Shown piece by piece: positions 10,737 through 17,564 of a stretch of 24,000 nt of DNA. Each line of letters starts with the position of its first letter. Position 1 is the first letter of the stretch. The notes beneath the pieces are model-generated. The model was not told the DNA's origin and searched no databases. It was given only the letters and a program-made list of their open reading frames with translations. The position numbers and the translations under genes were made by a program. Origin of the DNA: Candidatus Parcubacteria bacterium (lineage in GTDB: Bacteria > Patescibacteriota > Minisyncoccia > Phycocordibacterales > GCA-2747955); the NCBI GenBank assembly GCA_027024305.1, contig JALVSO010000027.1, positions 1,959 through 25,958 on the forward strand, read 5' to 3'.

Positions 10737-10846
10737 CATCGGTCTTTAAATAACATATTAATTTATGTTCCATGTAGTCAGGTGGGTAGGTTAATACGGG
10801 TCTTGGAACAGGACTGCGGAACGCTCCACCCTTCGGTTCAACCGAT
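10737..10846 (+). ncRNA. possible ~110-nt structured element closed by CATCGGT/ACCGATG
   Basis: Long-range complementarity 10737-10743/10840-10846. Internal pairings include G-U wobbles (GTAGTC/GACTGC, GGTGG/CCACC). The only ORF here is an implausible minus-strand one (10630-10851). Confidence 0.25.
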
Positions 10847-10864
10847 GACAAGGGCTACAAACCG

Positions 10865-10933
10865 TTTTGTAAAGAAACGGCTGGAATTAAAAAGTCTAAC
10901 CAACTTTTTAATTCCGGAAATTTCTTTACAAAA
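10865..10933. repeat. long two-tier inverted repeat (69 nt hairpin)
   Basis: TTTTGTAAAGAAA..CTGGAATTAAAAAGT-ctaacca-ACTTTTTAATTCCGG..TTTCTTTACAAAA. That is 13 + 15 bp of pairing with one G-U. Confidence 0.6.
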
Positions 10934-10982
10934 TTTGTAAAGAAAAATTCGTTTCTTTGACAAAGGTTTTAAAAAATACTTC

Positions 10983-11012
10983 TTAACTGAAATATTTTTT
11001 AAACAATATAAT
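10983..11012 (+). promoter_or_regulatory. putative promoter at the AT-rich/GC-rich transition (TTAACT, 18 nt, TATAAT)
   Basis: TATAAT at 11007-11012 and TTAACT at 10983-10988. It would start transcription ~11020, reading into the structured region and the hammerhead. Confidence 0.4.
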
Positions 11013-11019
11013 GTCAAAA

Positions 11020-11563
11020 TTTGTTAAAGATCCCCGGAAAAGAAGCCGGACTTGTCAGGTATGGTTCGGCGTGTGGTTGCTGACAAGTCCGGCTTCGTGA
11101 AAACTCCGGTCAGATCTTTGGCGGATTTTTGGAAAAAATATGGATTGCTTCCCTCCACATCCGTTCCTCTCGCAATGACGACCACCGGAGGTGGTCGTTG
11201 GGACGGCGACCTGCGGTCGCCGTCATTACGAGGAGCTCGCGACGAAGTAATCCATGCAGACATTCGTCACCGTTATGTATTTTTCAAGATACCCGGTTTG
11301 TCGGCAATCACACGCCTAACCATACCCAACAAACCGGGTATCAATTTTTTCCAAAAATCCGCCCCAGGGTGGAAACAAAATGGAGGCGATGACACTGCCA
11401 TTTTTGAAGCTAAACAAAAGGTTTTAGATTCAAAAATGGCAGTGGGGCTCGTAGAGAGCGGGGCTACCCCGGCGAGGTAAACAAACTCGTCCTTGGTGAA
11501 ATTCCAAACATTGCCTTCAAATACAGAGAAGTTCAGCGTGGTTCGTTGAGCTTCTCTGCCGTC
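11020..11563 (+). ncRNA. candidate ~540-nt highly structured RNA ending at the hammerhead cleavage site
   Basis: No plausible ORF (the tracked ORFs here are Arg/Pro-rich shadows). Perfect 17-bp hairpin at 11042-11058/11080-11096. 19-bp long-range helix GGCGGATTTTTGGAAAAAA (11120-11138) / TTTTTTCCAAAAATCCGCC (11345-11363) enclosing hairpins at 11178-11198 and 11202-11224. 14-bp hairpin GATACCCGGTTTGT/ACAAACCGGGTATC. 16-bp hairpin CACTGCCATTTTTGAA/TTCAAAAATGGCAGTG. Confidence 0.45.
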
Positions 11564-11609
11564 CCGGAGTGTGCGCTCCGGCTGATGAGTCCAAAAGGAC
11601 GAAACGGTA
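11557..11609 (+). ncRNA. type III hammerhead self-cleaving ribozyme
   Basis: UGCCGUC|CCGGAG-ugugcg-CUCCGG-CUGAUGA-GUCC-aaaa-GGAC-GAAA-CGGUA. The full catalytic core is present (CUGAUGA, GAAA, GUC cleavage triplet). Stem I is 6 bp with a closed loop and stem II is 4 bp with G10.1-C11.1. Stem III is open and 6 bp (ACGGUA/UGCCGU, one G-U). Predicted cleavage is between 11563 and 11564. Confidence 0.85.
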
Positions 11610-11810
11610 AAATTGTCACGGTATGACTGCGGGATAACGAGGAAGCGACGCGGAATGACGCTGAAAAGTCCACCCTGACAAAAATAACGAAGTCCGACTT
11701 CGTTGCCTGTTCCGAAGCGAGATTTTAGCGATAAATTCTTGTCGCTAAAATCTCGCTCTTCGGAGCGAAAAGGTTCCGGCGTGTATTCGCCGGGTAAATT
11801 TAACTGAAAA

Positions 11811-11881
11811 TCACCGAGGCAAATATCCCCTATAAGCTGAAGATTATCCTTCAGTGAAATGGGGAGAATAAGCCGAGGTGA
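11811..11881 (+). promoter_or_regulatory. three-tier stem-loop in the 5' UTR immediately upstream of the RBS of the next gene
   Basis: TCACC..GGC / GCC..GGTGA, TCCCC/GGGGA and CTGAAG-attatc-CTTCAG are nested. It ends 6-14 nt before the AGGAGAG RBS and ATG 11895, and it covers the alternative ATG at 11859. Confidence 0.4.
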
Positions 11882-11894
11882 TCAGGAGAGAAAG

Positions 11895-12272
11895 ATGGCC
11901 AAGGTCATCCGTATCTCCCGCCACCCGCTGGGTGGTGATCGGGAGGCGGCTCTCAAGGCCGCCTTCGGCGATGACGTGGAAATCGTCACCGTCGATGTTC
12001 CCTATGGGGACGACCCCGTTGCCACCGTCGGTCAGCTGATTGACCGGGAAGGGGATGTCGTGGCCGTTGAGGCCCAGGCGCCCTTTCCGGTGACCATGAA
12101 GCTGGTCGACGCGAACCGGAAGCTGGGTGTTAAGTTCGTCCGCGCCGAATTCAAGCGCGGTGCGGATGGACGGGCTGTTGTCGTTGGTCAAGACGACAAT
12201 GGTCGCGACATCCTGGCTTTCGATCGCTACGTGGAGTTGCGTCGTATCGTTATTGATACGGCGGAGCTCTAA
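11895..12272 (+). CDS. hypothetical protein (125 aa)
   Basis: ATG 11895 is preceded by CAGGAGAG. The tracked ORF starts at 11859, but that ATG lies inside the stem-loop without an RBS. Protein-like composition (MAKVIRISRHPLGGDREAALKAAFGDDVEIVTVDVPYGDDP...). TAA stop. Family not recognised. Confidence 0.65.
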   Translation: MAKVIRISRHPLGGDREAALKAAFGDDVEIVTVDVPYGDDPVATVGQLIDREGDVVAVEAQAPFPVTMKLVDANRKLGVKFVRAEFKRGADGRAVVVGQDDNGRDILAFDRYVELRRIVIDTAEL

Positions 12273-13430
12273 CGGGCGACCGGCCGGGTGGCGGCGGTAC
12301 CGGCAACGTCAAGCCGGGCGTGCAGCTATGCGCGGTGGTAACGGTGAGCAACGGCTCATCATTCCGAAAGCCGATAATGGCAAATAGTGGGGATTCCGCT
12401 CCCCTTGTAGCGGGATTGACTGGAGGAGGATAATCCGATGGACAATTAGTAGCGCCGAGTCCTGGCGCCATAACAGAAATGAGGACAGCCAAAAGTGAGT
12501 GGTTTCACTTTTGGTGACCCCGGGAGGAGGGCGGCTCCTCTCAGTCGTGCACTATGCACGCAACCGTCCGAGGCGGTTCCTCGGCATGGCCTTAGGGAGG
12601 ACCTATGGCTATTTAAAAAGGCGCCTGGAGACAGGGGCGCCCGATAAATACCACTCCCTCGGGGGCAGGACGAGTTCCGGGAGAAGGGGTGAGAAGTTGC
12701 TAGCCCCGGGATATGAGACCTGCCATCATATTCCGAAATCGAAGCAACTATTGGTTGACTCCCGAGCGTGGTTTGTTCGGGGGCTTTATTGAGTCGGTAA
12801 TTTTAGATTATCGGCTCATAGAGCAAGAGGGGGGGTTGCCTTTCTCCTCCCATTCAGTTTCAAGAAGTACGGATAACTTCTTGAACCTCCGGGTCGTGCT
12901 CGGAGTTTGAATAAAAATCGGTCGGCAAAGGATTGCCGACCGGTTAGAATGACTCGGAGAAGCTTAGTTGGTCGGGCTTCTCTTAAAAAAAGTTACCATG
13001 GGGCTTAATGGCTCCATGGTAACCGGACCAACCCTCCACATTGGAGGAAAATAGGGTGTTGTTTCCTTCACCCTCCCAATTCTGAGAGTCAAGGACTACT
13101 CTCAGGATCTTCGCAAGGCGGAGTTTGGGAAAGTTTTCCATAAAAGGAATTTATGGAAGACAAAGGAAACTCGGGCCCTTATAACCGGAGGGCCTTAAAG
13201 GTAGCCCCCGCCTTGGTTAGGCGGGGGTTAGGTTGCTCCCCCGAGATGGATTTCGGGGGCTTTATTGGGCAGATCTGTTTTACAGGTCTGTCCATAGAGA
13301 ATTGAACAAACTCTTTCACCTGACTTTCTCTTCTGCAAAGAAAGTCATTGAAGGGTGGAAGGGGTTAAATTTTAATAGGGCTCAGGCCCCTCCGCCGCGC
13401 TTTTTTCATGGGCGCGGAGCAGACGGAGCA
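12273..13430 (+). ncRNA. ~1.15-kb ORF-free, hairpin-dense region (candidate large structured RNA or array of small RNAs)
   Basis: At least 9 perfect 7-10-bp hairpins: 12489-12514, 12860-12884, 12919-12942, 12992-13023, 13082-13105, 13205-13227, 13238-13259, ~13321-13347. Two are terminator-like units ending ...TTCGGGGGCTTTATTG (12758-12795, 13238-13269). The tracked ORFs here have non-protein-like composition. Strand is assumed from the neighbouring genes. Confidence 0.4.
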
Positions 13431-13447
13431 CCTTAAGGAGGTGAAAC

Positions 13448-13687
13448 ATGAATGAAGACAAAAAAAAAGAGGTGGAGTGGGTCTTGGCCAACTTCACCAA
13501 GGAGGAGGTCCTCGGGGAAATCGAGGATCTGGAAAGGCGAATCCCACTTGAGTGGGAGGACGCTAATGATGCATATTCCGAGCCCTGTGCGGGCGCGGAA
13601 TCGAACTATTATTCAATAGTTCGAGGAATCGACGAAATGGAGGAGCGCCTGGAAGCGTTCCGGGAAGCATATAGGCTCCTCCAGTAG
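13448..13687 (+). CDS. small acidic hypothetical protein (79 aa)
   Basis: Strong RBS AAGGAGGTGA 7 nt upstream of the ATG. TAG stop, followed by an intrinsic terminator. Confidence 0.65.
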   Translation: MNEDKKKEVEWVLANFTKEEVLGEIEDLERRIPLEWEDANDAYSEPCAGAESNYYSIVRGIDEMEERLEAFREAYRLLQ

Positions 13688-13708
13688 ATTTAGATTCCTG
13701 TGCACATT

Positions 13709-13757
13709 TCCCGAGCGGTGGTGTTGTAGTGACATTACCCGCTCGGGACTTTTTTTG
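13709..13757 (+). terminator. intrinsic terminator, CCGAGCGG-hairpin family copy 1
   Basis: TCCCGAGCGG...CCGCTCGGGA 10-bp stem with an inner GTA/TAC helix, followed by CTTTTTTT. It is near-identical to 18115-18160. Confidence 0.8.
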
Positions 13758-13782
13758 AAAATTCAAAAATTTGAATTTTCAA
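13755..13782. promoter_or_regulatory. perfect 13-bp inverted repeat TTGAAAATTCAAA-aa-TTTGAATTTTCAA (operator-like)
   Basis: Exact palindrome read directly. It lies between the terminator and the module-end repeat. Confidence 0.4.
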
Positions 13783-13802
13783 AGAAGGGATTTCCGGGGA
13801 AC

Positions 13803-13875
13803 AAATCTTTTGCAACGTTTTTGAACGTCCCAGGGACGTACCGGAATTTGGATTTGAATCTGCCTAGAGTTTTTT
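13803..13875 (+). repeat. module-end repeat, copy A1 (short version)
   Basis: AAATCTT...TGAACGTCCCAGGGACGTACCGGAATTTGGATTTGAATCTGCCTAGAGTTTTTT. It shares the ACGTCCCAGGGACGT palindrome and the GATTTGAATCTGCYTAGAG+T-run tail with 22168-22320 and 23826-23978. GC content drops immediately after it. Confidence 0.75.
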
Positions 13876-13896
13876 AGAAATTTAAAAAAGAAAATT

Positions 13897-14088
13897 ATGA
13901 AAGAAATTATATTTATAACATCCATCATTTCAGGTCTCCTGATATTTTTTATCTTTATTTTCTCTTTGGATTTGGATGCCGGAATTATGGCTATTTTGGC
14001 AGCCTTTTTTGGTTCGGCCTATAACCGGTTATATCTTTTTCTAAATCATTTATTTAGAGAAAAACATCCGGAGAAAAGTGAGTTTTAA
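13897..14088 (+). CDS. possible small two-TM membrane protein (63 aa) in an AT-rich patch
   Basis: Intact ORF with hydrophobic segments (IIFITSIISGLLIFFIFIF, IMAILAAFFG). Weak RBS. Its AT-rich composition is unlike the flanking GC-rich blocks. Confidence 0.4.
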   Translation: MKEIIFITSIISGLLIFFIFIFSLDLDAGIMAILAAFFGSAYNRLYLFLNHLFREKHPEKSEF

Positions 14089-14126
14089 AATGTCTTTTGA
14101 AATGAAAACAGCTAGTCTTGCATTTT

Positions 14127-14174
14127 CCGAGCGGTATTTTGTTGACAAAACTTTGCCGACAAAATACCGCTCGG
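14127..14174. repeat. 16-bp perfect hairpin of the CCGAGCGG family (no T-run)
   Basis: CCGAGCGGTATTTTGT-16 nt-ACAAAATACCGCTCGG. Its outer arms are the same as the two terminators at 13709 and 18115. Confidence 0.6.
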
Positions 14175-14345
14175 GAGAGTGGTGAATTGGCTTTTGCAGA
14201 GCCCATCTTTAGTCTGAAAGCATAGCTGCAAAGAATATGCTTTCTGGGTGATCCGCGACCAACAAGACTGCGGGGAGTGCTAGGTTCTGAACTTCCAACA
14301 ATAGGAAGGAATGAAGCGCTCAAGCTCAAAATTCGGAGGTGAATA

Positions 14346-15458
14346 ATGAGCAAAAAAAACATTGCGGAGCTGGCTCCGCAAAAAAATGTGGCGGAAAAGA
14401 TTTCTCAGGCTCTGTCTGAGAATTTTATCCGCTCCGAGAGAGTTGCCCGTATTCTCGCCCTTGCGGTGGAATCGGGCAAAAATGTATTACTTTGGGGGCC
14501 GGGCGGACACGGCAAGTCCGAGATGGTGGAGCTTGCGCTCGCGCAAGTCGCCGACTCGGACGACGTGTTCGTCCAATCCTTTGGCGAGGGCATGGATGAG
14601 GCAACCCTTTGGGGTGGCCTTGATTTCCAGGCCCTCGAGTCGGAAAAGGTGCTTCGGTATTTTCCGGAGCAAAGCTTCCTTGCGAAGCCTTTTGCCGTCT
14701 TTGAGGAGATCTTTGACGCCCCGGCGTCGGTTCTCCTCGCCCTGAAGGATACCCTGACGGCGCGCAAGCTCCGCAAGGGTGGTCAACAATTTCCTATGGA
14801 AACCAAAGTGATCATCGCGATCACCAACAAGGATCCGGAGGAAATTTCTGACCTCGGCCCCGCCGCAGCTGCTCTGGTGGAGCGGTTCCCGCTCCAGCTC
14901 AATGTAGATTGGGACTCCTATGAGGCCCGGGACTACACCGAGCTGTTTGATAAGGTCGGATCTCGGCTCCCGGGGGCGGATCTCAACGGCACCCAGCGGG
15001 TGCTGGCGGAGATTATCGCCAAGGCTTCGGCCGATGGCGATATTATTTCACCCCGCACCGCGGTTCACGCCCTCGGCGTGGTCAAGACCGCGGCGGCCCT
15101 GCGAGGCTCAGACCGGGTGGAGAAGGAGGACCTGGTGGACCTCCAGTACCTGCCCGGCATGGAGGACCTGGCGGATAATATCCGTCAGGAGTTGGACGCC
15201 GCCTACGAGCGGGCCGAGGCAGAGCGCCGGCTGGTTGCGGCCGAGGATCGGTTGCGTGAACTGTTGGCGGAGCTCCACGACGCAACGACGCCAATCAAGG
15301 CACTCCAAGTTGCTCGCCGCCTGCAGTCTCTGCAGGACGACACCAGCAACCTGAAAGTGCCGGACGGTCTCACCGACCGGCGCAAAAACCTGCGCAACTC
15401 TATCAGCGAGAAGGTGCAAGCGGCGCAGGAGCTTGCCCTTCAAAACACCCGCATCTAG
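14346..15458 (+). CDS. MoxR/CobS-like AAA+ ATPase (370 aa)
   Basis: RBS GGAGGTGA. Walker A LLWGPGGHGKSE, Walker B-like AVFEEIFDA, and sensor-like IIAITNKD and ISPRTAV. C-terminal coiled-coil-like tail. TAG stop. Confidence 0.8.
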   Translation: MSKKNIAELAPQKNVAEKISQALSENFIRSERVARILALAVESGKNVLLWGPGGHGKSEMVELALAQVADSDDVFVQSFGEGMDEATLWGGLDFQALESEKVLRYFPEQSFLAKPFAVFEEIFDAPASVLLALKDTLTARKLRKGGQQFPMETKVIIAITNKDPEEISDLGPAAAALVERFPLQLNVDWDSYEARDYTELFDKVGSRLPGADLNGTQRVLAEIIAKASADGDIISPRTAVHALGVVKTAAALRGSDRVEKEDLVDLQYLPGMEDLADNIRQELDAAYERAEAERRLVAAEDRLRELLAELHDATTPIKALQVARRLQSLQDDTSNLKVPDGLTDRRKNLRNSISEKVQAAQELALQNTRI

Positions 15459-15473
15459 CGGGAGGAGGAAAAA

Positions 15474-16850
15474 ATGAACTTTACGTTCAGAACAACTCCT
15501 CCCGCTACCTATATCCCTCCGAACTCGGAGGAGATGCGGGAGGTCGCGGCTAAGGTCGGGCTGAAGGGATTCAGCCGCGACCTGGTCGCGGACCTGTGTA
15601 ACCTGGCGGCGGGGGGAGCAATCCAACCCCCGTCGGCGTATCGGGAAATCGTACACCGGCAGGTGGAGGAAAAGCTCCCTGCCCCCGATAGCGATGGCGA
15701 GTGGTCGGTTGGAGGTGGCTACACCAAAGACCGTCTGCAAGCTATCAATCACCGCCTGGAAAAAGCGATGAGATACCATCAGAATGTCTGCGATTTCTTG
15801 CAGACGGTGGACCTCAGCGCCTTTCCCGGCCGAAGCCCCCTTGAGCAGGCCATGAGCTTGCTCAAGCTGCTTTCCAAGCAGGAGGGTGGCTCCGGCGGCG
15901 GTGAGGGGGGCGAGCCCCTGCCCATCTTCCAGGACAATGATCGTCCGGAAGGTGTCGCCGAAAAACTCCATGAGACCATGGAGTTGGCGGAGTCGCTGGA
16001 CGAGACCGAGCAGGAGATGCTCGATCCGGATGGTGACTGGCAGGAGGATGCCGAGCAGGATGGACAGGAAACCGGCTCCTCGGGGCTTCAAGCCCTGAAG
16101 GTTGCCGAGGACCTGGTCGACGGGAGTGACAAGCGCGCCATGCTTGAGATTTCCCGTCAGCTTGACCAGTTTACCAAGCTGCAAGTGCGGCGACAAAAAC
16201 TGGTCAAGCCAGATCCTACCGGCGACGAAATCCGAACCCGGGGCATCAAGCATCTTGGAGAACTCGGCAGAGTCTCCAAAAGTGCTTGGGCCACCCGCCA
16301 ACAACAGCCGACGTACTTTTTGTACCAGGCTGTGACCGGTCAGCTCCCCGTTCGGGAGCGGGTGACCCGCCAGGAGAAGAAACAGGCGATCTTCATCCTG
16401 GTTGACGGCTCCGGGTCTATGGAGGGCCGCAAACACCACAAGGCCACGGGGGTGGTGATGAACCGCCTCAAGGCAGTGGTGGACGGCGACGCGGAGGTTT
16501 GGGTTTCGGTCTTTGACACCGAAATGTCCAATCCAATGCATGCCGGAAATGCGGAGGAGGCCCGGGAACTGATCAAACAGTTCCGTCATGGCAACTTCCG
16601 CGGCGGCGGCACCGACATCGCCAGCGCGGTGAAAGCCGCGCACGCCTTCATTGAGGAAAAGATGAAGGCGGGCGAGGCGCTTTGGAGACCGGAAGTGGTA
16701 GTCCTCACTGATGAGGACAGCTCCACGCAAGGTCTCCGCAAGTCTGAGGTCAAGGGCACTCGTGTCCACGGATTTGCAATCGAGCGCAAAAACAAGCCGC
16801 TGGTGACTTTTGCCAAGTCAACCGGCGGCGTGGGGATTGAAAACTTTTAG
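15474..16850 (+). CDS. von Willebrand factor A (vWA/MIDAS) domain protein (458 aa)
   Basis: RBS GGAGGAGG. It starts 15 nt after the AAA+ gene. C-terminal vWA domain with the MIDAS motif ILVDGSGSM plus GGGTDI and VVVLTDED. Acidic linker. TAG stop. Confidence 0.8.
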   Translation: MNFTFRTTPPATYIPPNSEEMREVAAKVGLKGFSRDLVADLCNLAAGGAIQPPSAYREIVHRQVEEKLPAPDSDGEWSVGGGYTKDRLQAINHRLEKAMRYHQNVCDFLQTVDLSAFPGRSPLEQAMSLLKLLSKQEGGSGGGEGGEPLPIFQDNDRPEGVAEKLHETMELAESLDETEQEMLDPDGDWQEDAEQDGQETGSSGLQALKVAEDLVDGSDKRAMLEISRQLDQFTKLQVRRQKLVKPDPTGDEIRTRGIKHLGELGRVSKSAWATRQQQPTYFLYQAVTGQLPVRERVTRQEKKQAIFILVDGSGSMEGRKHHKATGVVMNRLKAVVDGDAEVWVSVFDTEMSNPMHAGNAEEARELIKQFRHGNFRGGGTDIASAVKAAHAFIEEKMKAGEALWRPEVVVLTDEDSSTQGLRKSEVKGTRVHGFAIERKNKPLVTFAKSTGGVGIENF

Positions 16851-16874
16851 TTGAATATCCTCTGGTTATTTTCT

Positions 16875-16920
16875 GTGAAACTTGGCTTGGTGTGGTGCCA
16901 AGTCAAGTTTCACTTCTTTA
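16875..16920 (+). terminator. probable terminator after the vWA gene
   Basis: GTGAAACTTGGCTTGG-tgtggtg-CCAAGTCAAGTTTCAC (16 bp, one G-U) followed by the U-rich TTCTTTAT. Confidence 0.55.
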
Positions 16921-16970
16921 TCAAGCATCCAAAATGGTTTGGGTGCTTGTAGAGAAAAGGAGGTGAAAAA

Positions 16971-17012
16971 ATGAAAAATCGGGATCCTCCGATGATGCCC
17001 GAACTCGGCTAG
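16971..17012 (+). CDS. possible 13-codon micro-ORF (MKNRDPPMMPELG) with a very strong RBS
   Basis: AAGGAGGTGA lies 6 nt upstream of the ATG and the ORF ends in TAG. It sits at the start of a 0.7-kb non-coding region. It could be a leader peptide or coincidental. Confidence 0.25.
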   Translation: MKNRDPPMMPELG

Positions 17013-17564
17013 GGCTAAAACACTCTGAGGCCGACGGTTGGGCCGAGACACCGTTGGGGCGATGTTCCTGCCGATGGAGCCCGTTTCAGTATATTTCAAG
17101 ACCGGAGAGCTGCTGACTCTTTGATGGCTTGGGATATGGTAAAGCTGAATGGCCGGGTGATGCCGGTAAAACAAACATCAACACGAAGCAATGGTTAGAG
17201 AACATCCAGCCAAGTGTATTGCCCGTGCAAAAAACGGGTGTATAAAAATCTCAACTCCGGTTTTCCCGGGGCGGCATGGTGTCGTAGATACGCAATGCGG
17301 CACTTAACCTCTTACTAACGGAGGATGGTTATGCGTATAAGGGACCCCCCTTAGGTTTTGGTCATTTTCATTCTAATAATTATTGGAGTGGAAATGACCT
17401 TGGATAGAGGAAGTGCTTGGTAGTGCTTCCTCTCTACTTTTGGGAATATAACTTTTAGGAGTTGTATTTCCAAGGAGTGGATTTTTCTCTTTTAGTGAAG
17501 CGGGATAGAGAGCCTGAAGTTTTTTGGGTTTTGTCTTCCGTTTCACTAATTTAGGGAGGGTAGT

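Noticed and set aside
11024-11480. Tracked ORFs 11024-11263 (-), 11052-11480 (+) and 11129-11392 (+) in the structured region, plus 12127-12910 and 13233-13436
   Set aside because: They have Arg/Ser/Pro-rich, non-protein-like sequence and no RBS. They overlap one another and coincide with dense perfect hairpins, so I treat the region as non-coding.
10737-12500. SRP RNA, RNase P RNA, tmRNA or 6S RNA in the non-coding stretches
   Set aside because: I compared them by eye with the conserved cores: helix-8 GGUCCGGAAGGAAGCAGC for SRP, GAGGAAAGUCC and ACAGAAA context for RNase P, and the tmRNA ends. Only fragmentary matches were found (for example ACAGAAA at about 12472 and GAAAAGTCC at about 11654).
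12273-13447. ORF-less group II intron or group I intron
   Set aside because: There is no GUGYG 5' end in a sensible position and no domain V-like 34-nt hairpin with the AGC triad and GNRA loop. No reverse transcriptase or homing endonuclease gene is present.
13822-13875. tRNA-like T-arm in the module-end repeats (GATTCAAATCCGG on the minus strand)
   Set aside because: The flanking bases cannot form the 5-bp T-stem (the 53-61 pair would be A-C). No acceptor or anticodon arms could be drawn. I found no tRNA gene anywhere in the window by eye.
14176-14345. Cobalamin riboswitch upstream of the CobS-like AAA+ gene
   Set aside because: Only short resemblances are present (GGTGAAtt, GACTGCGGGG). 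There is no recognisable B12 box or conserved core.
15108-16769. 553-aa minus-strand ORF, with similar long antisense ORFs at 20690-22021, 22433-23455, 19208-19909 and 20045-20683
   Set aside because: These are shadow ORFs typical of GC-rich coding DNA. Their composition is Leu/Arg/Gly/Pro-rich and they have no RBS. They lie exactly antisense to + strand ORFs that carry clear motifs (Walker A, MIDAS, DEAH) and strong RBSs.
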